Below, piece after piece: positions 1 to 10,382 of a DNA stretch of 64,000 bases. A model generated the notes under the pieces. That model saw nothing but the letters and a program-made list of their open reading frames with translations, was not told the DNA's origin and made no database searches. The DNA comes from Raillietiella orientalis. Lineage: Eukaryota. Where the stretch lies: positions 1,798,001 through 1,862,000 of the forward strand of contig JAYWIR010000032.1 in the NCBI GenBank assembly GCA_036172245.1, read 5' to 3'. The first letter of the stretch is position 1. Every line of letters starts with the position of its first letter. The translations under genes were made by a program, and so were the position numbers.

Positions 1-306
1 TGGGCGGTGGATTTCTGACGTCAAAGCTCCAGGTAATCCAACATCCCCTACGTTCCTGGAATCGCAGGCGAGCGAGCCTGGACCCTAGTAGTTTCTCGGA
101 GACGTTCCCGCGCATCCTTGGGGAGCTCTGCACGTATCCTCAAGGTCACCGTGTCTTCCGAGAGGACGTGACTGAAGGAATCTCGTGACCTTGAGTGACT
201 TCCGCTTGGTATCCTCACTCGAGACGGCTCGAGAGAGCACCTGGCGGTCTCTGCCGGAGCTTCGAGTGGCCGGACGGCGGAAGCGGTCGCGACTGCATCT
301 CAGCGG
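1..306. repeat. Left arm of a perfect inverted repeat (partner 2070-2375); truncated by the window edge
   Basis: Base-by-base comparison: 1-306 is the exact reverse complement of 2070-2375. Confidence 0.97.
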
Positions 307-821
307 TGGAACGGGCGCATGATGAACGATCTGCTTTCTTCTTTTCGTCTCCATGAGGACCACCCACGACTTTCGTCGTCGGAGTCCTTCCCGACGTGCT
401 CCTCAGGGACGAGGTGACCTGGAAGCCTGGCAGTAGCACCGCATGACCACTGTCCACCTCTATGTGATCGGACGGGCACGCGTGAGTGTTCGATGGGAGA
501 AAACGTAGACCAAGAACCATCCGGAAAGCAAATTTATCGGGATGCTTAGAAAGATGGATGGCCCGAGGCGGTGTCCAGACTTGGATTTGGATTCCTGCCG
601 CGAGGTCTGTCGGGGCGATTTCAGGAAGTGGGATCGCTCACCCCCGATCTTACCCCCGTTGCTGCGGCTACGGGCTCTCGCCTACAGGATCCCGATCCCA
701 GCGTCCGAAGACTACTCAACCTCGCCAGCTTCCTTTGCTGGGCTTCTCTCAGCCCTCGCGTCGTTTCCCTTCCCTCCCCTTCTTCCTCTTCTTCCTCCTC
801 CTCCCTGCTCCCGGGACTCAC

Positions 822-961
822 CTGGGACGAATCCTGAGGTCCGGCGTTTCGCGCGGAGCTGAACAGCATGTTGGCAAGGTACCCGGGCAGCTCCCTGAGA
901 AGGTCTTCCGGTACGCGGATCGCTGGAACGTCGGCCGACTCCGCCTGGAGCTCGGCGAAAG
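822..961 (-). CDS. PlexB: Plexin-B coding exon 13 (start of cytoplasmic region)
   Basis: Splicing to actttccag| rebuilds the conserved KQ-AFAELQ; donor CAG|GTGAGT after 822, phase 0. An alternative in-frame acceptor exists at 1021. Confidence 0.82.
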
Positions 962-1167
962 CTGGAAAGTCGCGCGGGAAGTGACGTCGCTCAGAGCGAC
1001 AAAGAGAGGTCTGTGGCCCCGCTGCAGGAGAGGAAGGAAGAAGGGAAGAGAGCAGCTCGGGAACGCTTCCTCGCTTCCCCGGTCGCATTCATGGAGAATC
1101 TCTTCCCCCCTTCCCCCATTGGGAGCACCGAATGTGACGTCACCGCCAGCGCATACCCCCTGCTCAC

Positions 1168-1588
1168 CTTGCTTGTATTCCATGCCGACTATCTGCTCCA
1201 GGGATTCCATCTGGGACCTGATGGACTTGAAGTCCCGCTTCGCGCGGACCGACTTGCAGACGTACATCGACAGGGAGAGGAGGAAGAGGAGGAGGGATAG
1301 GCTGGCTCCAGAGATGATGGCGACGGACGTCAGCACCGAGCCGTCCTCGGTCGGCCTGTCTCCGTACTTTAGAAACCCCAACGGGAACTTCAGCGTGCCG
1401 CCGATCTTCAGGACGACGAGCGGTAGTGCCTCCGCGGTCTCCCTACCGTCCTCGTCGGTCGGAAAGGGCTGGTGCTGCGGGGGGACGCACAGGAGCCGGC
1501 GGGCCGTCAGGAAGGTGACGTTGCACGGCGACGTGCCGACGGTCACCGACACGTCGTCATCCTCTGCTGCCGCGTTGAGGCGGTCGCC
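1168..1588 (-). CDS. PlexB: Plexin-B coding exon 12 (last IPT, transmembrane helix, juxtamembrane)
   Basis: GDRLNAAAEDDDVSVTVGTSPCNVTFLTARRLLCVPP...TM segment VAIISGASLSLLLFLLSLSMYVC, then KSVRAKRDFKSIRSQMESLEQIVGMEYKQ; preceded by a 74-nt intron; donor G|GTGAGC, phase 1. Confidence 0.92.
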
Positions 1589-1662
1589 CTTCGGGGGGAA
1601 ACCGAGAAAGGGAAAGGAGCGGGGCACTTGTGGGTCTTAGGTGAGCGGCCCCCGCTACTGAC

Positions 1663-1935
1663 TTCGATGACCAGGGAGTCCCCGCTGTACAGCTTGATGG
1701 GGTCGGAGAACCGAAGCACGATGGGATCCTCCACGTAACGGATGCGGTAGCTCGTCACGATGGTGTTTCCGGCGCGGCCGTCGCTCGTGGAGAATCCGAA
1801 GAGGAACGTCGATCCCAGTCTCTGTTGCTGCTGCTGCTGCTGCTCCGCCCTGCTGGCGCCGTTAGCCGTTAGCTCCAGGTCTCCAATGGGAGGGGAGATG
1901 CACTCCATCTCCAAGTCGCCGACCACCTCGCAGGT
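1663..1935 (-). CDS. PlexB: Plexin-B coding exon 11 (IPT, 91 codons, includes a Q7 run)
   Basis: TCEVVGDLEMECISPP...YVEDPIVLRFSDPIKLYSGDSLVIE; acceptor gttctcctccag|, donor GAA|GTCAGT. Confidence 0.9.
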
Positions 1936-2069
1936 CTGGAGGAGAACGGGAGACCGATGACCTCAGTGCAGCGCCTTCGGGTGAGAGAGATCCGCACCCC
2001 GTGGTTTCGGAACGGGGGGGATCTTCCGCGCCGGTCTACCTCCCTACGATCACATGATATCTCTTCTCG

Positions 2070-2375
2070 CCGCTGAGATGCAGTCGCGACCGCTTCCGCC
2101 GTCCGGCCACTCGAAGCTCCGGCAGAGACCGCCAGGTGCTCTCTCGAGCCGTCTCGAGTGAGGATACCAAGCGGAAGTCACTCAAGGTCACGAGATTCCT
2201 TCAGTCACGTCCTCTCGGAAGACACGGTGACCTTGAGGATACGTGCAGAGCTCCCCAAGGATGCGCGGGAACGTCTCCGAGAAACTACTAGGGTCCAGGC
2301 TCGCTCGCCTGCGATTCCAGGAACGTAGGGGATGTTGGATTACCTGGAGCTTTGACGTCAGAAATCCACCGCCCA
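2070..2375. repeat. Right arm of the perfect inverted repeat (partner 1-306)
   Basis: No mismatch over 306 bp; inner boundary at the 2069/307 mismatch. Confidence 0.97.
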
Positions 2376-2569
2376 CGAAAGGATGGTTGGGGTGAGGGTT
2401 TGAGCATGCTGAACACTGGAGATGTGGCATGCCGCGGGATGGGTGGTTCCCCTCACCCCGTGGCGTACCGGCGCGGAGAGACACGCGCGTTTCCTCGCCG
2501 CATATCTCTCCGAGGTTGCATTACCTCCCTGCTTTCCATAACAACCCATCCCCTCTCTCGGGAGGTGAC

Positions 2570-2830
2570 GGGTTTCGTGACCCAGCGTTCGGTTTTCCCA
2601 TTCCACGTGGCCCACTGGGAGAGGTCTGACGAATGAGGCAGTTCGACGCTTCGGCGACCGAGACCGCCCGACCCATTCGAAGGTTGAGGATAGGTCGAGG
2701 CCATTTCTCCTCCAAGTGCTCTCTGATGGTTCGACTTGAAAAACAAGACTCCGCTGTTTCCTCTTTCTTCGAGGCGACCCTGCCAGACTTTAAGATGATG
2801 ATCATGATGGAGGAGGCGGTGGAGAAGACC
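2570..2830. repeat. Diverged dispersed repeat family C (second copy at about 7755-8010)
   Basis: ataggtcgagg(c/a)catttctcct.caag.gctctctgatg.ttcg and taagatgatg are shared with 7860-7980 in the same orientation. Confidence 0.75.
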
Positions 2831-3559
2831 GACGGCCGGATCGTAGGGGCAGCGGGAGTGAAGAGTGCGCAGAGCGCGATGGAAGTAGACTGTATCCGGA
2901 TGACGTCCGGGGTCCGAGCACCCCATGGGTACGAGTTCATTGCAATTCGGGAGAGACCCCCGCAGAGGACATCGTCGTCATTTCAACAGAGAGTTCCCAG
3001 AGGGCAGACTCGGTGCGCTGGCGAACTTTGGATTCGCCCTGTTAAGGCAAATCTATCCGCCAACGGACGTGTGCCTCCCTGCCTTCCTCCCCCGTCCCCA
3101 TCGTGAGTGCTTCCAAACAGGTCAAGGAAACGAGAGGACCGTGGAAGATCCACCTCTCCCTTTTGCACCCATCCGTGCGCTGCAGGTCCCGGGTGGAACC
3201 TTCGGAGGGAGAGAGCAGCCGGAAGCAGGAGACACCCGACGAGTAAGCCTGTTGACCCGCAGCAGCAGCAGTGGTCATTCTACAGCACTTCTCAGGACGC
3301 CACCTGGACGCTCTTCCGACGGTGCTCTTCAGCGACGACTGGAATTTTCCCCTCGGTTGTGTCTGCTTTCCTTCACCTCTGCCCAGAGACAAGAGGTCCA
3401 GCAGTTTCCGCATCCGGAGGTCCCATCCCAAGGGGGAGAGCGACGTCGGGCCTCTCTCCCCAAGGTCAACGGCCCTCCCTCGCTCCTCATCCCTTCGAGG
3501 AGTGGGGCGAAGGAGTTGCAGCTGACCACTACCCTTTCATCGTCCAGGAGGAAGGATTG

Positions 3560-3820
3560 CGGATCCGCCTTTCCCACTCCCTTTCCAAGAGACCGATTCC
3601 TCCGGAGAGAATGAGGAAGAGATCTCCTTTGGGAATCTCTCCTGTGGCAGCCAGAACAATGGTTCCCAAGGGTAAGAGGATCAAATTCATGAATCCAGAA
3701 CCTTCCTGGATTCATAGGGTGGCATCTCCGGGCTCACCCTCAAAATTGAAAAGTTGGGGGTGGCGTGGACAGTCGTAAAGCTCTTCGTGAGTCCCTCCTA
3801 GGAGGCGGACGGTTCTTCAG
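3560..3820 (+). mobile_element. SINE-like family A, 3' body fragment
   Basis: tccggagagaatgaggaagag, ccttcctggattcatagggtg and ggtggcgtggacag match 18250-18420 and 60500-60590. Confidence 0.55.
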
Positions 3821-4249
3821 CACTTGGCGAGTCCCGAAAAAGAAAAAAAAAAGAGATGGAAGGAAAGCAGAAAAAATCGAAGAACCCAAAGGGATTTCCA
3901 TCGTCCCAAGCCGATCCCACAGTGAGTTCTCCAAAAAAAAAAAAAAAAAAGGGATAGCAATGAGAAGCCACTTCTTGAAACAGGGGTAAAATCCTTGGCA
4001 CTCGTGCTGGTGAAGAGGAATGGACCGAGCGATGGGCAGTCGGTGGTCTGCAGTTCAACTTTTCTTTGTCCCGAAAAAGAGGCGGAGGGACCCTTCACGC
4101 GCATCTCGGTGGAAGGAAAAAAATGGCTCCTCCACCGCACTTGAACTTTTCCACTCCTGCGAGAGTGCTTCCTTCATTCTGGTCCCCAACCGTCTGTCTG
4201 CAGGAATGTTCCTGCTCCCTCTGCTTGTCGCGCATTTTGGCTCCTCCAG

Positions 4250-4780
4250 GAGGAAGCTGCTTTGGTCCAGCGCCAACTTTTCCTTCAGCCGCCATGAATC
4301 CCGATTGCTTTTTCGAAGATGAAGCACATTTTCCGGTGATGAAGGGCAATAAGAGGGAGTCCAGGAGAAAGCGCTCTGAGGGTTTCTCTCTCCGGAAATG
4401 CAGCTCTCAGCACCTGACGTCTCATTCCAGACAGGGTAGAACCTCGTTGTTTGTATTTCACGGTCCCGTTCGCGGAGCTGACCAGACCATGGGATTAGGG
4501 ATGCTCCCGAAAAAGTTAGGAGCAGCCTCAGATGTGGATCCCTCATACTCGAGCAGGGGCAGGAAGATTACGTTGTGTGTCACGTGCTCGCCGTTTTTTT
4601 TTTCTTCTTGAGGAGAGCGTTGAAGAGCTGTCCCTCTTGAAGTTCCAGTGCCTCTCATGGATCTCTAAAAGCAATTCCAGGAAGCAAGAAGACTTCTTCT
4701 CGGACCACCAGTCCAGACCTGCTCTACTCTACGCTTTCACCTGGACCATTCTTAATTTGAGGAGCAGGAACAATTTTCAA
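4250..4780 (-). mobile_element. Possible decayed LINE fragment
   Basis: NVIFLPLLEYEGS resembles the LINE IRPxLEY motif; the support is otherwise weak. Confidence 0.3.
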
Positions 4781-6099
4781 TCCTTTTACACATTTGGAAG
4801 ATTCGCTCTGGAGTCGGTTTTTCCTTTCTTCCTATCAGAGAGCGTTCCTCGACGTAGGCGATAAAGAAGGCTTGTCATGGGCTGCTGATATCGGCTCTGC
4901 AGCCTGCCACTGGTTCGCCGTGGCGCTGGTTGACGGCAGACGGGGGCTCTGAATGCCGACATGCTTCTGGAGGGAGTGTGAAGATAAGTAGAGATGCTGG
5001 GGAAGTGCAGACGACGACAAAGAACTCTTGCTAACGAGATTAAGGGAGGCAGAGGAAGCCTCTCGGTGGAATTCGAGCCTAGCTGTTCTCTGGAAGTCGA
5101 TGTGACATCACCTCGTAAGAGCAGTGAACTCCATGCGTGGCTAGAGTCCACCCACTCTGATTGGACAGTCTTACGAATCAGACGGGAGAGAAGAAGTCCA
5201 CAGAATTGGTGAGTACGACACGCTCTGTTGAACGGGGATTTTCATATGGATGCTTCTCAGCGGCAACCACGCGGCTTTGTTGAGAACACCCCAACACAAG
5301 AAAATTCTTCTGTTCTCTCCTGGAACATGATGTGAATCCGTCTGATTCGGATTCTGCGACAATCTAGACTCAGCTTTTCATCTGGAGCTACCATGCTACC
5401 GAACCTGAGGGAACGCTATCGTTTCGTGGGGACGGGTCTCTCTCCTCATGAAAGGCGACGAAGATCGGTACGCACCAAGAAAGAGGATCACCGCGAGTCT
5501 GGTTCGCGTCTCAGCGGTCATGCAGGCTTCTGACGGCCAATCGATCACTTCCGCGGAGAACAGATGCTGGACCCCCCTCCAGAGATTCGAACCTGATGGG
5601 CGGAAAATTCATCTGCAGACGGACCACAACAATTTGACCTCGTTCCCCACCAAAGCAAAGAGATCACAAGAGAACGGGGGTGGTGGCGAATGAACACGTG
5701 GCAGCACTACGTCCGCTTTGCGGTTTCCGTGTCAATGAGGAATAGGGAACCGGTCCACTGCCGAAAGTGTGCTCATAGCGGGGTCCCTGTTTCTTGCTCA
5801 GAGAAGCAGCACGTTCGTTCGCAGGCGAGTTGCACGGAACGCTGAAGAACCCATATGTTCGGCTCCTCAAGGGTCTTGCGGTGCTAAAGGACGGCTTCAT
5901 CTGAATCTTTCGGCAAGCTCGAGAGACCGCGATTTCTCCTGCTCAGAGCGGGAGCAATCGCGGTCAGAGCGATTTCGACGCTCAGAGCACTTTGCCCGCG
6001 TTCCTCGACGACGGAATCGCGCGCAATCTTCCCTCTTCTCCCCCCTAATGAAAACCGCCGGGCCGGGACCAAGCGGGTAGGGCACTGAGAGGAACTTAC

Positions 6100-6516
6100 C
6101 ATCTTGCCCACTGGTTTTTCGTTGCCGTCGTGGAACAGAAGCATCTCCGGCCTCTGGATGGACGCAAACGACTTCCCTCTCACGTGTATTAGCCGCCCTC
6201 CCGAGTTGAACGAAACGAGCGGCTCTATCTGGTGTATGACTGGGTCTTCTGTGTATTCGAAGTGCACATCGGTCAACACTCTGTAAGCCTGGTCAATCCG
6301 CACGGCTATTTCGCATCCCTGGACCGGACTCGGAGAGCGAGTCGTTGTGCAAATTATCACCGTGGAAGATCTCTGGACGGAATTGACCAGGCAGGGCAAC
6401 TTTCCGACGGACACTTGGAGTTCCGAACCGATGTTGAGGTTCGCTCCTTTGATGTGTAGCTGGGTGCCGCCGCTCTGAGGTCCTCTAGCTGGGTACGCAC
6501 TGGTTAAGCTCACATT
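6100..6516 (-). CDS. PlexB: Plexin-B coding exon 10 (IPT domains, 139 codons)
   Basis: NVSLTSAYPARGPQSGGTQLHIKGANLNIGS...FEYTEDPVIHQIEPLVSFNSGGRLIHVRG; acceptor gtgattttag|, donor ATG|GTAAGT. Confidence 0.93.
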
Positions 6517-6568
6517 CTAAAATCACAAACGTGCAAGTTCCTTCCTGGGTGGGCCTCGGGATATGGAC

Positions 6569-6817
6569 CTTGTAGTTATACATGAGGGATGAGGAAATTT
6601 GAAACGTGTCACTACGGACTACGACATGTCCTTTTAGTGCACTTTCTGCAGCTCCAGTTATACACACAATTTTGACTGAAACTTGGTAACCTGACAATTT
6701 GCATGACACATTAGCTATTGTTACCGATATTAGGGATTGATTATCCCATGTTCCAAGATTTGTACCTTCTATTATTATTTGAGTACCTCCCTCTAGCGGT
6801 CCTTGCAAAGGATGGAC
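6569..6817 (-). CDS. PlexB: Plexin-B coding exon 9 (IPT/TIG domain, 83 codons)
   Basis: VHPLQGPLEGGTQIIIEGTNLG...VTIANVSC...YQVSVKIVCITG...YNYK; acceptor ttgtttgcaag|, weak donor AAG|GTCCAT followed by a 52-nt intron. Confidence 0.88.
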
Positions 6818-7754
6818 CTTGCAAACAATACATCAACAGATTAGGGGAATTTTTCCCCACAGCAGAAACGCAAGATGACAGCGGAAGAACAAATCAGGAG
6901 ATCAGAAATAGAAACTGAAGGTCAGCAGAAAATGGCTTTGAAATTCGTGCCTTCCTCAGGGATGTAGAGAACCCTCGAAATGCAAGGAAGGGACAATGGA
7001 ATAGAGGATTGTCGTTGACTGTTCTCGTCACGATTTCTATTTATCTTCATCGATTTCTCGACTTCCTTCTACTCATTCTTTTTCTTTCTCCGTGTGCGAG
7101 CATCCTTCATCTTTTTTGAACTGGACCGAGGGGTGGCGGAGTTTTTAGCAGAGTTTCGATCGGCAGAGGAAACAGTAAGTATTGGCATTTGTGTGAAAGG
7201 TAGCAGGACGATTAGTTGAGTGAGCCATGCTGAAATTTGGCTTGCACCCATCCTCCTCATCACACCTTCGAGTGTTTGCCCCCACACCGCAACGACCTGG
7301 GCTGACGAAGGCTCCAGGCGCACCCTCTTCCTACTCGCTTGGAACCTACTGTCTTACGACGATGAAACGCCAGAGGGCAGGAAAGGCTCTGGGGTTGAGA
7401 TGCCTTTCTGCTCTGTGGTCGAGTCCTATTCTCGAACTTTGAGTGGGTGAGACCTCTGGCTTGAACATCGAAGCTCGCACTGTCGGATCCATTAGTGACC
7501 CCTAGTGAGCTCAATTTTGATGAGCAGAACTGACGCTGTGGGAGGAGCCGAACGGTGGGTCACAGGAGTCCATCAGACCCATGGTAGGAGTGGGTTGCCA
7601 CGGAAAGCAGGAGCGAGGCGATCATAGAAGTTGGAATCCCCTGAGGAATGAGCAACGAATGGTCTCTGTGGAAGCAATTGATCCTGCGCGGGTACAAAAA
7701 ACCGTCCCTAAAGGTCGGTTCCTTCTCCCGAAGCAACTACTCCTTGGGGGTATC

Positions 7755-8010
7755 ATAACCTAACGTTCGACTCCCTTTTTCCCTTGCATTCTGGTGGCGT
7801 TTTCTGATGAGATGGAACTGCCTAACTTCAGCGACCGAGGATGTCAGACTCGTTCAAAGGTCGAGAATAGGTCGAGGACATTTCTCCTACAAGCGCTCTC
7901 TGATGATTCGCCTTACAGAACGAGATTCCCTTTTTTCGTTCCTCTTCGACGATGCCCAGCTACTCTAAGATGATGGCAGTGGTGGTGACGGAGTCAAAGG
8001 TCCAGCTGAT
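7755..8010. repeat. Diverged dispersed repeat family C, copy 2
   Basis: Aligns by eye to 2570-2830. Confidence 0.75.
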
Positions 8011-10124
8011 GACGAGGAAGATCGATTTTCGAGAGCCGGCCACCCGATAGCTCGATTGACCACTCGTCCCTACACACAGCCCTTGAGACCGATTCGTTCG
8101 GCCGCTGCTGCAACCGTTGAAGCAATATTCAAGAATGGAGGATCCTGTTTCGAGTCTGCCGTCAAGGAAACCAGACTGAAAACATCCTGCGATCTCGTGT
8201 TTTAGCATGTTAAAATTCTGAGTGGTTCTCGAATGAAACATCGGAGAAGCAACATCCAAGACGCTCCTGCAAGGCGTGTCGGGGCCAAGAAAGCGCTCAC
8301 CTGCCGAACGTCTACACCAGGACTGGACATTCCTGAAGGTAGTGACAGGTGCTCAGAAGAGACCAAGGATGGAACTGCTTGAAGGGAATGGCGACGATTT
8401 TCGATACGATCCCATGGTGTGCAGCACGGTTGTCCTCATCATCACAACCGTTGTGACCGGAAGGGCAGGCACTTGGATGCTGGGAACGGAGCAGCGCTTG
8501 CCGTTCATGTTTTCAGAGGAATCATTCGGGGTGAGGCCGGCTTCAGTAGCAGCGGCAGTTTCTGGACTTGTCGCCGCAAAGATTAGAAATAATGCCTAGG
8601 TAAGGGGGATGCTCAAGAAATCCTGGTGGCCAGACCCAGGAGGTGAGAATCCGGATTCTGCTCCTCGATAAAGTCACCCAAGGCTGGTCAGATACCCAGT
8701 GCGGCTGCGAACGACCTTCGGACGCCTCCACGAGAAACCAAAAGCAAACTGGCAGCGGACTGAGAGAAGAGTGGCGACTCAGTCTTCTGCAGGGTCAGGA
8801 ACCTCGGTCGCTCCCTCGGCGTCTGTTCGCTCTCCGTGTGTCACCTGAGAGCCAGCTATTAGCTCCACTGGCCACGAGGTATTTGCTCTCCTGGGTTGAT
8901 GGCCATTCAAAAGATGCAATAGTGGTTTTCAAATTCCCCTGAATAAGCTTCGTTGTGATGATGCTGAACGGGAATAGCCTGGAGATATTTATGGCCACAA
9001 GACCCAAAAAACAGCAGGGAGAGAGAGGAAAAAAAATTTCCTTTCCCGAAGTATCGTGGAATCTATTTGTGCTCTTCCGATTGGCTCCTCTTCTCAAACA
9101 CCTTGTGCTTCTCATGGGATTGATCCTTCGTTCCCTCCTCAGAACGCACATGCTCGCATCACCCTGTTTGCATGCTTCCTGGTTCACGAATTCCTTCGGG
9201 AAATCGATAGGCGAGCAGATGAAAGCTTTCATGAGATGAAATTGATTCGGGGAGGAGGAGCAGGTAGATCACCTGGTGGAAGGGAGGAAGGGAGTTAGGG
9301 AAGAGGAAAAAGGGAGGGAGGGAAGAGGAGGAAAATCATTTGGTGTAGAACACTGCACTCATCTGCTGATTTGACGATGAAACCTTTTATCGCTCTGCCT
9401 AGGGGCTTGGACCGTGTCGGCCACAGCCCCTATGCTTTCTAGGAAACCAGATTCCTACTTCCGGAAGCGCTTTCTGCCTTGCTTTGCCTTCTTCGGCAAA
9501 CACTTCCACGCCTCGCGCAGTGTCCTCCCACGTCCCGCGGGAGGCAAACCTTGCGGTTCTCGGTAGACTTTGGCTATCCAAAACGCGGGATGAGATGCCC
9601 TCCGTCGAATCGCTCTGCTGCCGTTTCTGCCGCGTCATCTGCCGGCGGTTCTTTGAGCTCGTGCCGTGAAGAAAATAGCCAATAGAATGGAAAGCACTTT
9701 CAAAAGATGCTCTGAAGAAGTCTTCGCCACCGTCCTTCTTCCTCCCTCACGGACTATGAAGAAATGGTGATGGCTCGTGTGGCTCCTTCGAGGCCGCCGA
9801 AAGGTGTCGCTTCCGATGGCGAAGAAAGGAACGAAAGCCCTAGGCAGCGACTCCCTGCTTGAGGAGCGCCGTGCCTCGGACGCGCCTCCATAGGAAATCC
9901 ACTACTCTCCCGGGAGCATCTCGGTCTTTCGGCTTTCTGTGCGCGATGTTTCGCAGCTCAGCTCGATACGCGACTCCCGGGGGGCCGTGCCAACCAAGTC
10001 GCTGCTGCGCCGCATCTGGTGCACGGCTGAAAGCGAGCAGGAAAGAAGGGGAAAGGACAAGAAGGAACAGAACGTGCGGTTTCGCGTCCAGATGATCCCA
10101 TTCGCATACCCCGAGGGTACTCAC

Positions 10125-10382
10125 CACGTCGATGCGAGGTTTTGGGCAGGTGTTTGCGTTCTGTGCGTGGCAAAACTGCTTGTACACGCAGCTTTGGGAG
10201 CACCACCTGCAACCGTACTGAACGGAGTGAGTCTGGCAGAGCAGACAGTCTGGCTTGTCGTTGTGCGAGCCCAGGAATTCACATCTGTATATCGTGAAGC
10301 CGATGTGATCCGTGTACAGCTTCCCGTTCCAGAGGATGGCAATCTTTCCGGACGCTTTCCCCTTTGCATCGTGGAGAGCGTA
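10125..10382 (-). CDS. PlexB: Plexin-B coding exon 8 (PSI 3, 86 codons)
   Basis: YALHDAKG...ILWNG...TIYRCEFLGSHNDKPDCLLCQT...YGCRWCSQSCVYKQFC...CPKPRIDV; acceptor gtcttttccag|, donor GTG|GTGAGT. Confidence 0.92.

Noticed and set aside
368..418. Possible 51-nt plexin exon (VTSSLRSTSGRTPTTKV) with ttccag| acceptor and |GTGGGT donor
   Set aside because: Phase-compatible but without recognisable plexin similarity; needs RNA evidence.
486..1640. 384-aa plus-strand ORF
   Set aside because: Antisense shadow of GC-rich plexin exons 12-13 with low-complexity composition and no recognisable domain.
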